Assembly (NCBI GenBank): GCA_963663275.1
Contig: OY760183.1
Span: 2,624,001 to 2,688,000 of the forward strand
Source of the DNA: Chloroflexota bacterium
GTDB taxonomy: Bacteria > Chloroflexota > UBA11872 > VXOZ01
Reading direction: 5' to 3'
DNA: 64,000 nucleotides
Below, in pieces: positions 20,864-31,353 of this stretch (position 1 is its first letter; every line of letters begins with the position of its first letter). Below the pieces are notes generated by a model that saw only the letters and a program-made list of their open reading frames with translations, had not been told where the DNA came from and did not search any database. The position numbers and the translations under genes were made by a program.

Positions 20864-22318
20864 TCAGGATTCCGCTACCGGGGTAGATTGCGCCGCCGGC
20901 GTCTCCGGTGAAGACTCCGCCCCCGGCGCTTCTTCCGGCCTGGCGTCCACCGTCACCTCCTCGATGGCAACGGTCTCTTTGAGGAAGTCGATCGTCTTGC
21001 GCATTCGCAGGTTCATGGCGATGTTGGTGCGCGACGCCTCGCTGTTGAGGTACTGTTGCATCTGCTGCAGGCGCGCCTGCACTTCGTCCTTGGTGGGCTG
21101 TTTCGTGGTCACGATCGCGCCGGTTTGCTGCTCCTGCTGCGCCATCTGCATGCGATAGTTCGCCATGTTCTGCTGGATTTCGCCGTCGATCTCTTCGGTT
21201 GGAACCGCAATTTCCTCCGCGCTCGCCACGGCGTCCAGCGCGATGAAGTTGCGCACCATGCTCGCCGCCCGTTCCCTCATGCGCTCCTTCCACTCTTCCT
21301 CAGAGAGTTGGAGCATCTGCAGGTAGTATTCTTTGGGAATGCCGCGCTGCGCGGCCTCGAACGCCTCCCGTTGCTCCAGGCGCTGCGCCTGCTCCTCGAT
21401 GAGCACGTCGGGTACCTCAAACGTGGAGCCATCGACCAGCTCCTGCACCAGGGAGTTCTCCGCCTGCTGCTCGGCTTCCTGCGCGGCGCGGTCTTCCAGG
21501 CGCTTGCGCACGTCAGCCCGCAGGTCGTCGATGGACTCGAAGTCTCCCGTCGCCTGGGCCAGTTCATCGGTCAGGCCCAGCAGCCGCTTCTGTGTCGTGC
21601 CGCGCACCGTAATCTCGAAGTCGGCCGAGCGCCCGCGCACGGCCTCGACCGGGTAGTCGTCCGGCAGCAGCAGGATGAAGGAACGCTCCTGCCCGGCAAC
21701 CATGCCCATGGCGGCTTCGTCGAAACCCTCCGGCAGTGTATTCTCGCCAATGATGATATTCGTGCCAGGCGAGTTATTGATGGTCCGGCCTTCCACTCTG
21801 ATGTGCAAGTCCAGCCTCACGCGGTCGCCGCTCTCCACCGGACGCTCCACCTCGTCCCACTGGACGAGTTGCTGCTCCAAACTCTCCAGCACTACCAGCA
21901 CGTCCGCGTCGGTGACGCGCCGCGTCTCCTTCGTAATCTGGATCGCGCGGTAGTCGCCGGAGTCGACCGTGGGCTTTACCGGCACGGTGGCGGCGAACGA
22001 CACCGGCTGCTCTCTATCGGTGTTCAGCATTTCAAGTTCGGGATTGCCGACCGGCTGGATTTCCGTCTGCTTCACCGCCTCGGCGTATGCCTCCGGCACG
22101 AGACGTTCCAGGGCTTCGCGGAAGACCGCGTCCACGCCGGCGTGGCGCTCGACCAAGGCTTGCGGCGCGCGGCCGCGGCGGAAACCGGGAATGTTGACTT
22201 TGTCGCTGACCCGGCGCACGGCCCGTTTGTAGGCCCGTTCCACCTCTTCCAACGGCGCTTCCACCGTCAGCTTCACCCGGCTCTTCTCGAGCGTTTCCGA
22301 CGTTACCGTAATCTCCAT
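20864..22318 (-). CDS. tig: Trigger factor
   Basis: IPGFRRGRAP ribosome-binding motif, FKBP-like middle domain, C-terminal chaperone domain; downstream of a tRNA. Confidence 0.95.
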   Translation of the reverse strand: MEITVTSETLEKSRVKLTVEAPLEEVERAYKRAVRRVSDKVNIPGFRRGRAPQALVERHAGVDAVFREALERLVPEAYAEAVKQTEIQPVGNPELEMLNTDREQPVSFAATVPVKPTVDSGDYRAIQITKETRRVTDADVLVVLESLEQQLVQWDEVERPVESGDRVRLDLHIRVEGRTINNSPGTNIIIGENTLPEGFDEAAMGMVAGQERSFILLLPDDYPVEAVRGRSADFEITVRGTTQKRLLGLTDELAQATGDFESIDDLRADVRKRLEDRAAQEAEQQAENSLVQELVDGSTFEVPDVLIEEQAQRLEQREAFEAAQRGIPKEYYLQMLQLSEEEWKERMRERAASMVRNFIALDAVASAEEIAVPTEEIDGEIQQNMANYRMQMAQQEQQTGAIVTTKQPTKDEVQARLQQMQQYLNSEASRTNIAMNLRMRKTIDFLKETVAIEEVTVDARPEEAPGAESSPETPAAQSTPVAES

Positions 22319-22533
22319 TGCCGTGTTTGCTCTCCCTTACCGCGTCACCGCTAAGCGCGCACGTCTACCGGCGCAGGTTCCGATTCCCGCGCTGCCGGAG
22401 GCGGGCAAGACCGCCGCACAGGCGGACGCCGGCCTCTTCCGGTCTTCACGAATGCCCCGTGCATAGCAAAAAAAGAGGCGCGGCCTGGGCAGCGCCCTTG
22501 CTTGCGAACCTCGGCGTCTTGCTAACCGCCGGG

Positions 22534-22605
22534 AGCGGAAGACGGGATTCGAACCCGCGACCCTCACCTTGGCAAGGTGATGCTCTACCCCTGAGCCACT
22601 TCCGC
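22534..22605 (-). tRNA. tRNA-Gly(GCC), CCA not encoded
   Basis: GCGGAAG/CTTCCGC acceptor stem, anticodon loop TTGCCAA, GGGTTCGAATCCC T arm. Confidence 0.97.
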
Positions 22606-22623
22606 ATTGCTTCTTGCGCCCTC

Positions 22624-22652
22624 ATTATAGCGAGTAGACCAAATCTTGGCAA
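22624..22652 (-). promoter_or_regulatory. Promoter of tRNA-Gly / tig
   Basis: TTGCCA-N17-TATAAT. Confidence 0.7.
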
Positions 22653-22787
22653 GACTCAGGCGCAAAAACGAAACGGCGGCCCTCCCATTCGCTCCGAGTA
22701 GCCCGGAACCCCTTTAAGGGTCGATAAGCAGAGCCCAGTCGAACGCCACGCGCATGCTATGCCGTCTCGTTCACTTTACCGTGTGCT

Positions 22788-22816
22788 TTGACAGCCGGAT
22801 AGGCCATTGATACACT
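22788..22816 (+). promoter_or_regulatory. Putative promoter
   Basis: TTGACA-N17-TACACT upstream of the CDS at 22866. Confidence 0.6.
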
Positions 22817-22865
22817 TGCCACGAGCCAAAGCTGCCAGCTTGCGGAATGGAGGGACTGCGCCGGC

Positions 22866-23801
22866 ATGGAGAGACACTGGAGCCATTACATGCACCTGGG
22901 GTTCGTGCATTTCATGCTCTTTCCCGAAGTGATGGGCGGCGACGGACCCATTATCGAGTCGCTGCGCCACCTCACGGCTGACGACTTCTTCCAGGTAGCC
23001 GAAATCACCCACATTGCCGATCCCGCCGTCGCCAAGGAAGCCAAGGCGTTGAGCGAGACCACCAAGCTCAACCTCGGTTTTGGCGTACAGCCAATCCTGC
23101 TGCGCAACCAACTGAACCTCGCCAGCCTCGACGAATCCCACCGGCAGGCGGTGGTTACGCGGGTCAAGGAAGCCGTGGACGAAGCCTACGCCATGGGCAC
23201 GCGCGTGCTCGGGCTCTTCGACGGCCCGTCGTCGTACCCCGGTGCAGAGTACAAAGACCGGGCGTTGAGCGCGTTCGCCGAGTCGCTCAAGGAGATCTGC
23301 GCCTATGCCGAGCGACAGCGCACGGACTACACGCTCTGGATTTCGCTGGAGCAATTCGACCGGGACGTGGACAAGAAGAGCCTCGTCGGGCCCATCGAGG
23401 ATACGCTGCCGCTCTGCCAGGCGGTGCGCGCGCAATGCGGGAACTTCGGGCTGCTGGTGGACCAGGGGCACCTCCCGCTCTTGAATGAGACGCCGCAAGG
23501 CACGCTCTCGGCGGCGCGGGATTACCTGGGGCATATCCACCTGGGCAGTTGCGTCAAGCAGCCGGGACACGCCCTCTACGGCGACCAGCACCCCCGGTTC
23601 GGCCACGAGGACGGCGAGAACGACACCGCGGAGCTTGCCGAGTTCCTGCGCACCTTATTCGAGATCGGCTACTTCGACCAGGACGTGCCCACGGAGAAAC
23701 CGCTCTGCACCTTCGAGTTGAAGCCCGCCCCGGGCGAGGACTCGCTCTCCCTCATGGCAAACGCCAAGCGGACGTTCCAAGCGGCCTGGGCGCAACTGTA
23801 A
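22866..23801 (+). CDS. Sugar phosphate isomerase/epimerase (xylose isomerase-like TIM barrel)
   Basis: ISLEQFDR, LLVDQGH, HIHLG, GDQHPRFG and FELKP metal-binding pattern. Confidence 0.8.
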   Translation: MERHWSHYMHLGFVHFMLFPEVMGGDGPIIESLRHLTADDFFQVAEITHIADPAVAKEAKALSETTKLNLGFGVQPILLRNQLNLASLDESHRQAVVTRVKEAVDEAYAMGTRVLGLFDGPSSYPGAEYKDRALSAFAESLKEICAYAERQRTDYTLWISLEQFDRDVDKKSLVGPIEDTLPLCQAVRAQCGNFGLLVDQGHLPLLNETPQGTLSAARDYLGHIHLGSCVKQPGHALYGDQHPRFGHEDGENDTAELAEFLRTLFEIGYFDQDVPTEKPLCTFELKPAPGEDSLSLMANAKRTFQAAWAQL

Positions 23802-23887
23802 GCACGATCGAAACCGCGATCGAGAACACATCGAAACCGCGGTCGCAAGCACGTTCGGGAGCCCGTTCGAGAGCCGCGCCTCTTGTC

Positions 23888-23922
23888 CCCTCTCCCTGAG
23901 GGAGAGGGCCAGGGTGAGGGTG
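23888..23922. repeat. REP-like family E (CCCTCTCCCnnnGGGAGAGGG..GGGTGAGGG)
   Basis: Palindromic unit with a second copy at 34649-34682. Confidence 0.75.
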
Positions 23923-23992
23923 AGAGCTAAAGCGAGAGCAAGCCATCAAACCAGGATTGGGTTGAAAGCGTACCAGAAAGAGCAAGGACACC

Positions 23993-24973
23993 ATGCAGCC
24001 GAAAGTCTGTGTCACCCGCCGGATACCGGAGTCCGGCATCGAGCTTCTCCGGCAGTCGTGCGACGTGGAGATTTGGGATAGCGACGACGTCATGCCCCGC
24101 GCCGACTTTCTGGCGGCGGTGGCCGACAAAGACGCCGTGCTCTGTCTGCTGACGGACAAAGTCGACGCCGAAACCCTGGACGTGGCCACGAACGCCAAGA
24201 TCTTCGCCAACATGGCCGTGGGCTTCGACAACATCGACGTCCCGGAGTGCACAAAGCGCGGCATCATGGCGAGCAACACGCCGGGCGTCCTCACCGATAC
24301 CACCGCCGACTTCGCGTTCACGCTGCTGATGGCGGCGGCGCGCCGCATTCGCGAGGCGCACGAGTACGTCCACGCCAGCAAGTGGACGACCTGGGGCCCA
24401 TTGCTGCTCATGGGTCAGGACATCCACCACGCCACGCTCGGCTTGATCGGCCTGGGCCGCATCGGCGCCGAAATGGCCCGGCGCGGGCAGGGCTTCTCCA
24501 TGCGCGTGCTCTACAACGACATCGTGCGGCGGGAGGACCTGGAGCAGGAACTCGGCCTGGAATACGCCGACTTCGAGACGGTCTTGAAAGAGTCCGACTT
24601 CGTCAGCCTGCACGTACCCTACATGCCCGCCACGCATCACCTCATCAGCACGGCGCAACTTGCGCTGATGAAGGATTCAGCGGTGCTCATCAACACGGCG
24701 CGCGGCGCGATCGTGGATCCGCAGGCGCTCTATACGGCGCTCAGTTCCGGTGAGATCTGGGCGGCGGGACTGGACGTGACCGAGCCGGAGCCGATTCCGA
24801 TGGACGACCCGCTGCTGACGTTAGACAATTGCCTGGTCGCGCCCCATATCGCCAGCGCCAGTTTCAACACCCGCAGCGACATGTCCGAACTTGCCGCGAA
24901 CAACATCCTGGCCGCGCTCAACGGCGAACGCCCTCCCACCGTCCTCAATCCCGAGGTGCTGGAGAAGAGCTAG
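23993..24973 (+). CDS. D-isomer-specific 2-hydroxyacid dehydrogenase (glyoxylate reductase / D-glycerate dehydrogenase)
   Basis: AVGFDNID, NTPGVLT, GLGRIG, INTARG, GLDVTEPEP and PHIAS motifs. Confidence 0.92.
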   Translation: MQPKVCVTRRIPESGIELLRQSCDVEIWDSDDVMPRADFLAAVADKDAVLCLLTDKVDAETLDVATNAKIFANMAVGFDNIDVPECTKRGIMASNTPGVLTDTTADFAFTLLMAAARRIREAHEYVHASKWTTWGPLLLMGQDIHHATLGLIGLGRIGAEMARRGQGFSMRVLYNDIVRREDLEQELGLEYADFETVLKESDFVSLHVPYMPATHHLISTAQLALMKDSAVLINTARGAIVDPQALYTALSSGEIWAAGLDVTEPEPIPMDDPLLTLDNCLVAPHIASASFNTRSDMSELAANNILAALNGERPPTVLNPEVLEKS

Positions 24974-25131
24974 GCCGTAGAATCCCTACACGCCGAGGTT
25001 GCCTGAGAATCCTCAGGCGCCGGGTAGGCGGTCGAGAGGCTGGAAGCGCGCAGGCGAGCAAAGCGGGGGATGAAGCGTGCCAAGGCCGCGCAAGCGCGCG
25101 CGGCTGTGCGCCGCTGACTGCGCTTTCCTCT

Positions 25132-26319
25132 TCAAGAGCGGCTGCTATCCTCGGCCGACTGAGTCTTCCAGGGCAACACCCGCAGCCGCGCCCGCGCCGG
25201 CACGCGAAAGACCGGCGGCATGGCGTAGGTCTTCACCCGGCTGTGCACGGCAATGCTTTGCAGCAAGCCGATGCCAATGAAGGTGGCGATCAAGGCGCTG
25301 CCGCCGTATGAGAGAAACGGCAGCGGAATCCCCGTGACCGGCAGGAGTTCGATGATCATGCCTATGTTCACGAACATTTGCATGAAGATCAAGGCCGTCA
25401 CGCCGACCGCGATGTTCTGGCCGAAGTGATCGCGTGAGTTGGTCGCAATCAGCGTCGCGCGCATGAGCAGCACCAGGAACAACCCCAGGACCAGTGTGCT
25501 GCCGACAAAACCCAGTTCCTCGGCCAGCACGGCAAAGACGAAGTCCTTGTGCTGCACGCGCAGGTACTCCAACTGGGTTTGCGATCCCTGGAAGAGCCCC
25601 CGGCCCCATAGCTCCCCCGCGCCTACGCTGATCCGCGCCTGGAGCACGTTGTAGCCCGCGCCGAAAGGGTCCGCGGACGGATCGAGAAAGGTGGTAACGC
25701 GCTCCCACATGTACTCGCGGATTCTGATCAACTGCAAGGAAACGGCGGCCAGCAGGCCGACGGCCACGCCGGCGATAAACCGGAAGGGCATGCCCGCCAT
25801 GAAGACCATGACCGCCCAAATCCCCAGGAACATCAGCGTGGTGCCCAGGTCCGGCTCTCGGAAGACCAGGAAAGCCGGCACGGCCGCGATGACCATGGAG
25901 CCAAAGAAGTAGCGTATGTCCTCCACCCGGTGCGGCCCGGCGCTGAGGTAGTGCGCCAGCGCGATGATCAGGGCGATCTTCGCGAATTCCGACGGCTGCA
26001 AGGAAAAAGGCCCAATCAGGAACCACCGCTGCGAGCCGCCGATTGACACCCCGACGAGGAGCACCGCCAGCAGCATGAGAATCGCGGCGCCGTACCCAAT
26101 CCACGCCAGGCCGCCGAGCCACCGGTAGTTCAGTTTCGGGGCAATCGCGAGAATCACAACCCCCAAGCCCAGGAACGCGCTCTGCTTGATGACGTCCACG
26201 GACGTGCCGGATTCGATGAGGGTCGCGCTGCGGATGAGAACGATGCCGACCGCCCCCAAAGCCAGCGCGGCGGCGGTGAGCCAGTAGTCGTAGAGTCTCC
26301 ACTTGCGAATGACTATCAT
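25132..26319 (-). CDS. rodA: Rod shape-determining protein RodA (SEDS)
   Basis: QRW...LQPSEFAK, EPDLGT, DFVFAVLAEELG and LPVTGIPLPFLSYGGS motifs. Confidence 0.95.
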   Translation of the reverse strand: MIVIRKWRLYDYWLTAAALALGAVGIVLIRSATLIESGTSVDVIKQSAFLGLGVVILAIAPKLNYRWLGGLAWIGYGAAILMLLAVLLVGVSIGGSQRWFLIGPFSLQPSEFAKIALIIALAHYLSAGPHRVEDIRYFFGSMVIAAVPAFLVFREPDLGTTLMFLGIWAVMVFMAGMPFRFIAGVAVGLLAAVSLQLIRIREYMWERVTTFLDPSADPFGAGYNVLQARISVGAGELWGRGLFQGSQTQLEYLRVQHKDFVFAVLAEELGFVGSTLVLGLFLVLLMRATLIATNSRDHFGQNIAVGVTALIFMQMFVNIGMIIELLPVTGIPLPFLSYGGSALIATFIGIGLLQSIAVHSRVKTYAMPPVFRVPARARLRVLPWKTQSAEDSSRS

Positions 26320-26320
26320 G

Positions 26321-28174
26321 CTATTGTCGCGCGCTCCTAGAGGAAGCGAAGTAATGGCGGGTCAGTTCATCCGCAATTGGCGCCGCGAATTCGGAACCCT
26401 CGCCGGCGCCGTAGAGCACCACGGCAAAGGCAATCTCGGGCGCTTCGAACGGCGCGAACCCGGTAAACAAGGCGTGGGTCGGCAGATAGCCTTCCTCGTC
26501 GCGGGGCCCGGGATACTCAGCCGTGCCGGTCTTGCCGGCGATGCCGTGGGGGTTGGCCGCTATCCGAATGGCGGTGCCGCGCACCACCACGTCGCGCATT
26601 GCGTCGCGGACTACGGAGAGCACACCCGGGGAGAACGGCAGGCGGCGCGCCACTTGCGGTTCGACCGGCTGCGCCTGTATGCCGTCGGCGCCCCGCACCT
26701 CAGCGGCGATTCTAGGATACATCACGTTGCCCCCGTTTGCAATGGCGGCGGTAAAGTTCGCCAATTGCAACGGCGTGCAGAGCACGTCGCCCTGCCCGAT
26801 GGCCGTATTGTACGAGTCGCCCTGGAACCACTGTTCCTTCTTGAGGCGTAGCTTGCGCTCAGGCGTCGGCATCAGGCCATCCTGTTCTCCGGGCAGGTCG
26901 ACACCCGTCGCCTGCCCAAAGCCGCTCGCGGTCGCCGCGCGCGCCAGCGCCTCCGGTCCCATGCCGGCGAAACCGGTATAGGGATTGCCGCCAACGAGGT
27001 TGTAGAAGAACACGTCACACGAACGCACCAGAGCCTCGTAGGCGTTCAGAAAGCCGTGTCCGCTCCGCTTCCAGCACCCGAATTCCCAGCCGCCGGGCAG
27101 AACGAGGCTGCCGCGGCACTCGAAGCGCGTTTCCAAGTCCATGTCGTGCCGCTCCAGCCAATCCGCCATGCTCACCAGCTTGAACGTGGAGGCCGGCGGA
27201 TAGAGGCCGCCAACCGCATGGCTGACCAGAGGCCGCGCCGGATCGTTGGCCAGGCGCGCATAGTCTTCCTGCGATATGGAACGAGCAAAGAGATTGTTGT
27301 CATATCCCGGCAGACTGACGAGCGCGCGCACCGCGCCGGTCGCCACGTCCAGCGCCACCACCGCTCCGGACGTCGATGCCGCCGCCTCAAGGCCGTCGCG
27401 CAGCATCTCGGTGACGGCGTCCTGCAACTCCAGGTCGAGACCCAACACCAGGTTCTTGCCCGGCCGGGGCGGCGTCTCATCGAGAACGCGCACGGTGCGG
27501 CCGTACACGTTCACTTCCACCCTTCGTTGGCCCTTTTCGCCGCGCAAGTCCGACTCATAGACGGACTCAAGGCCCGCGATCCCCACGTGGTCGTCCCGTT
27601 CGTAGCCGCGATTCAAGTAGAACTCGGTGCGCTCGTGCGGTATCGGACCGGTGTAGCCCAGGATGTGGCCGTTGCTGTCTCCCAGCGCGTACTCGCGCAC
27701 CGGCCGGCTCTCGGCGGATATGCCCGGCAGGTACGGATTTTCCTCTTCGATAATCAGGGCAACGTGGCGCGGCACGTCGCGCTTGAGAATCGTCGGTTGA
27801 TACGGGCTTTGCAGACCCCGCTCCATCAATTCCAGGATCGTGGGCGCGGACATTTCCAACAGCGCCGCCAGACGCCGGGCCACGTTCTCCCGCTCGTCGC
27901 GGGGCAGATCGATCATGCGCGCCACCACGCTAAAGCTGGGCGCGTTGATTGCGACCCTCTCATCGTGCCGGTCGTAGATGACACCGCGCAGGGGCTTGAT
28001 GGAGTGCACCCGCAGGCTATTGCTCTGCGCCTGATCGCGCAACTCCGGCCCGCGCACGATCTGGATGTACCAAAGGCGCGCAACGAGCGCCGCGAACGAA
28101 CCAAGCAGCACGATGCGCAGCAGGTAGAAGCGAATGGCTTCGCGTCGCGTGAGTAACCGCTTCTCCTCGGCCAT
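26321..28174 (-). CDS. mrdA: Penicillin-binding protein 2
   Basis: RGVIYDR, STFK, SCD and KTGTAE motifs; ATG at 28174 overlapping the mreD stop. Confidence 0.95.
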   Translation of the reverse strand: MAEEKRLLTRREAIRFYLLRIVLLGSFAALVARLWYIQIVRGPELRDQAQSNSLRVHSIKPLRGVIYDRHDERVAINAPSFSVVARMIDLPRDERENVARRLAALLEMSAPTILELMERGLQSPYQPTILKRDVPRHVALIIEEENPYLPGISAESRPVREYALGDSNGHILGYTGPIPHERTEFYLNRGYERDDHVGIAGLESVYESDLRGEKGQRRVEVNVYGRTVRVLDETPPRPGKNLVLGLDLELQDAVTEMLRDGLEAAASTSGAVVALDVATGAVRALVSLPGYDNNLFARSISQEDYARLANDPARPLVSHAVGGLYPPASTFKLVSMADWLERHDMDLETRFECRGSLVLPGGWEFGCWKRSGHGFLNAYEALVRSCDVFFYNLVGGNPYTGFAGMGPEALARAATASGFGQATGVDLPGEQDGLMPTPERKLRLKKEQWFQGDSYNTAIGQGDVLCTPLQLANFTAAIANGGNVMYPRIAAEVRGADGIQAQPVEPQVARRLPFSPGVLSVVRDAMRDVVVRGTAIRIAANPHGIAGKTGTAEYPGPRDEEGYLPTHALFTGFAPFEAPEIAFAVVLYGAGEGSEFAAPIADELTRHYFASSRSARQ

Positions 28175-28689
28175 CAGCGCCTCCCCGCGATTGAACGCCC
28201 CGATACCACCTCCAGAAAGCGAAAGCCCGCCAGGACGATGATCGGGGCAAAGAGCGCGTTCAGGAGCGCCGTCGGCAACGCCGTTTGCCAGAGCATGCCG
28301 CCAAATGAAAAGCGATAGTCGAAGGTGATCAGCAATGCGCCCAGCAGAACGAAGTACACCATGGCTACCCAAAACGCGGTAACGAATGACAATACTATCC
28401 GGTTGGGCTGCACGACGCTTACGGCGAATCCCCCCACACAGCCGGCAATCGTCAGCGCCAGGGCGCTCAGCCCCCAGTGCGATTCTGAGAAGACATCCAC
28501 GAAGAGCCCGCCCACAAAGCCCCAGCCCGCGCCGCCGGCCGGCCCGTACCAGAGCGCCAGCAGGGTGACTACCTGCAACATGGGCAGCCACACCACGCCA
28601 AAGAGCGGAAAGTGCCACACCACGCTCGCCTGAGCCAGGGCGGCGAGGATCATCAAGATGACAATAGCCGGGCGTGAAACGTCATTCAT
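28174..28689 (-). CDS. mreD: Rod shape-determining protein MreD
   Basis: Hydrophobic 171-aa protein with GFVGGLFVD motif between mreC and mrdA. Confidence 0.88.
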   Translation of the reverse strand: MNDVSRPAIVILMILAALAQASVVWHFPLFGVVWLPMLQVVTLLALWYGPAGGAGWGFVGGLFVDVFSESHWGLSALALTIAGCVGGFAVSVVQPNRIVLSFVTAFWVAMVYFVLLGALLITFDYRFSFGGMLWQTALPTALLNALFAPIIVLAGFRFLEVVSGRSIAGRR

Positions 28690-29552
28690 CGATCCGGCCC
28701 CGCAAACTCCCGCTCTTCCAGCGGCAGCGGCACAAAGTCCGCCACCACCATCACGTGCTCCAACTGCGAGAAGTCTATGAACGGTTCGACCACCGCGGTC
28801 TGGTAGAGTTCATAGTCCGCTTGCTTCACGTCGACGACCCTGCCGATCACGAAGTCCTTTGGCAGGCCCCCGCCCAGCCCGCTGGTCACGACCAGGTCTT
28901 CCACCTCGAGTTCTTCTGTTTGGAGAATGTAGCGCATCTGCAAACGCCCCTCTGGAGAGCCGTACACGTTGCCGAACGCCCGGCGGGGCCCTCCCTGGAC
29001 CACGGCGTTCACCACGCTGGAAGGACTGGTAATGAGTTGCACTTTGGACCAATGCGAGGCGACTCTGGTAATCTTGCCTACCACGCCGAGGTGGGTGACG
29101 ACCACCATCCCCTCAGCCAAGCCGCTGCTACTGCCGCGATCGATGCTGATTGCGTCCAGGAGATTGGTCGGGTCTCTGCCGATGACCTGAGCCGAGACCA
29201 GATTCCATTCGGAGTTGGTTTGCGCGTAGCCCAAGTGTTCGCGGAGCGTGCGATTCTCGATCTCCGCGCCGCGCAGCCTGGCGACCTCCGGCAGGAGTTC
29301 CTCTACCGTGCGCCGCAGCGCGGCGTTCTCCTCGCGCAGGTTTCTGGTCTCCTGGAAGGAGCCGAGGACGTACGCGACCGCGCCGGTTGAGGAATCGAGC
29401 GCGCGCTGCACGGGCGCCGCCGCGAAGGACACGGCATTCTCCACGGGACGCAGCCATCCCTGGCGTGAAAGGAAAACGAGCAACACCGCCGCCACGACGA
29501 GCAGCGCCAGCCTGAGGACAAACGCTCGCGGGTTAGAGTTGGAGTCACGCAT
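28686..29552 (-). CDS. mreC: Rod shape-determining protein MreC
   Basis: N-terminal TM helix, coiled coil (LREENAALR), IDRGSSSG and VVTSGLGG motifs. Confidence 0.95.
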   Translation of the reverse strand: MRDSNSNPRAFVLRLALLVVAAVLLVFLSRQGWLRPVENAVSFAAAPVQRALDSSTGAVAYVLGSFQETRNLREENAALRRTVEELLPEVARLRGAEIENRTLREHLGYAQTNSEWNLVSAQVIGRDPTNLLDAISIDRGSSSGLAEGMVVVTHLGVVGKITRVASHWSKVQLITSPSSVVNAVVQGGPRRAFGNVYGSPEGRLQMRYILQTEELEVEDLVVTSGLGGGLPKDFVIGRVVDVKQADYELYQTAVVEPFIDFSQLEHVMVVADFVPLPLEEREFAGPDR

Positions 29553-29610
29553 CGTATTTCAGCGCCGTCGACGAAAGCGCCGCCATCCGCGATGAAGCCG
29601 GCGCCCGAGA

Positions 29611-30708
29611 TCACGTGGGTACGTGCGCGTATTCACTTGAATCGGAAACGAAGAGTTTCCGGTACGACTCGATGTCGTTGAGGCACTCGCCGGTTCCCAG
29701 CGCGACACAGGTCAGCGCGTTCTCCGCTACGACAACGGGCACCAGCGTCTCCTCGGAAATCCGCCTGTCGATGCCGCCCAGGAACGCGCCGCCGCCGGTG
29801 AGCACGATTCCCCGGTCTACCACGTCGCCGAGCAGTTCCGGCGGCGTCTCTTCAACCGAAATCTTCACCGCTTCTACGATGTCGTGCACCGGCGCTTCGA
29901 TCGCCTCCCGCATCTCCGCCTCCGTCACCGGCACGGTCTTGGGCAAGCCGGAGAGCATGTCCCGGCCCCGCATCTCATACGTCCTTTCCTGTTCGTCAGG
30001 AGCGGGGTGCGCGGAGCCGATGGCAATCTTCGTTTCCTCGGCGGTGCGCTCGCCAATCAGGAGATCGTACGCTTGACGGGCGTAATCGGTGATCGTCTGG
30101 TCGATTTCATCACCGGCGATGCGCACCGAGCGCCGCACCACGATTCCACCGAGCGAAATGACCGCCACCTCCGTGGTGCCGCCGCCGATGTCCACGATCA
30201 TGTTGCCGGCGGGCTCGTCGACCGGCAGCCCGGCCCCAATGGCCGCGGCCATCGGCTCTTCGATCAGGTACGCTTCCCGGGCGCCCGCGTTGACCGCGGC
30301 GTCTTGCACCGCGCGTTTCTCCACCTCGGTCACGCCGCTGGGAATGCCCACGATGACCCGCGGCCGCGGCACCAGTTGCACGGACGTGTGCACCCGGTCG
30401 ATCACGTAGCGGAGCATCGTCTCAACGGTCTCGAAATCCGCGATCACGCCGTCCTTGAGCGGCCGCACCGCCACGATGTTCGCCGGCGTGCGGCCCACCA
30501 TCCGCTTTGCCTCCTGGCCCACGGCAAGCACCCGCTCCGACCGCAAGTCCATGGCCACAACGGACGGCTCGGACACCACCACACCCTTATCCCTGGCATA
30601 CACCAGCAAGTTCGCGGTGCCCAAGTCGATTCCCAGATCCTGGGAGAAAAGACCGAGGAATGAACTGAATGGCCCGAGAATACTCGCCCGCCAGGAAGAA
30701 AATGACAT
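29611..30708 (-). CDS. mreB: Actin-like protein MreB
   Basis: GIDLGTAN, RPLKDGVIADF, IEEPMAAAIGAG and DIGGGTTE motifs. Confidence 0.97.
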   Translation of the reverse strand: MSFSSWRASILGPFSSFLGLFSQDLGIDLGTANLLVYARDKGVVVSEPSVVAMDLRSERVLAVGQEAKRMVGRTPANIVAVRPLKDGVIADFETVETMLRYVIDRVHTSVQLVPRPRVIVGIPSGVTEVEKRAVQDAAVNAGAREAYLIEEPMAAAIGAGLPVDEPAGNMIVDIGGGTTEVAVISLGGIVVRRSVRIAGDEIDQTITDYARQAYDLLIGERTAEETKIAIGSAHPAPDEQERTYEMRGRDMLSGLPKTVPVTEAEMREAIEAPVHDIVEAVKISVEETPPELLGDVVDRGIVLTGGGAFLGGIDRRISEETLVPVVVAENALTCVALGTGECLNDIESYRKLFVSDSSEYAHVPT

Positions 30709-30983
30709 CGCCTACCCCACGCGCCTTGCGCTCGCGCGGCCCCGCAGGAACTCCCTGCGGCACGGCCCGCGCCGGCCGCCGCGCACACGCTCTTCTACGC
30801 TTCGCTCTTTGGACATGCCCCGGCACGTACCTCGACACATACTAGCATACACGTAGCCTGCCAGCGCGTCTAGCAGTCATGACGTATTGTGCATACAGTA
30901 GTACTCTCGTAGCACCCTCATTGACTCTTTTCTTCACTGGCAAGTTTGCCGTGCTTCGCTCCCCTGGGAGTCTTTGCGTTACT

Positions 30984-31012
30984 CCGTCACTCCGGCTTTC
31001 GCCGAAATCCAG
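30984..31012. repeat. REP-like family F (CCGTCATTCCGGCGAAAGCCGGAATCCAG)
   Basis: Degenerate copy; second copy at 41741-41769; both lie just left of a MITE copy. Confidence 0.65.
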
Positions 31013-31080
31013 ACATCCTGTACAACTGGAGATGCTTTAATTCAATCTCTCTCTCCTCAATCTCAATCCTCCCCCTGGAT

Positions 31081-31233
31081 GGGCTGACAGGGGTAAGCAA
31101 TCCTGAATCGGCTTAACGTGTCATTCCGAACGGAGCGCAGCGGAGTGAGGAATCTAGAACCCAGCCCTGCGCAGTCAGCATCTTGAGATTCCTCGCTGCG
31201 CTCGGAATGACATTTACATACCCCCGTCAGCCC
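31081..31233. mobile_element. MITE-like element, copy 2
   Basis: TIRs GGGCTGACAGGGGTA / TACCCCCGTCAGCCC, flanks TGGAT/TCGAT, same internal palindrome as copy 1. Confidence 0.72.
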
Positions 31234-31353
31234 TCGATAGGGAACGGGTTTGCGAAAGAATTCAAGGGCGCCTCATGCTCTGTGGTACACTACGTCTCGC
31301 GAGAATTCCGAACCCAATCTCTTGCGCCGAAGCAATCGTGAAAGGAGTCTTCA

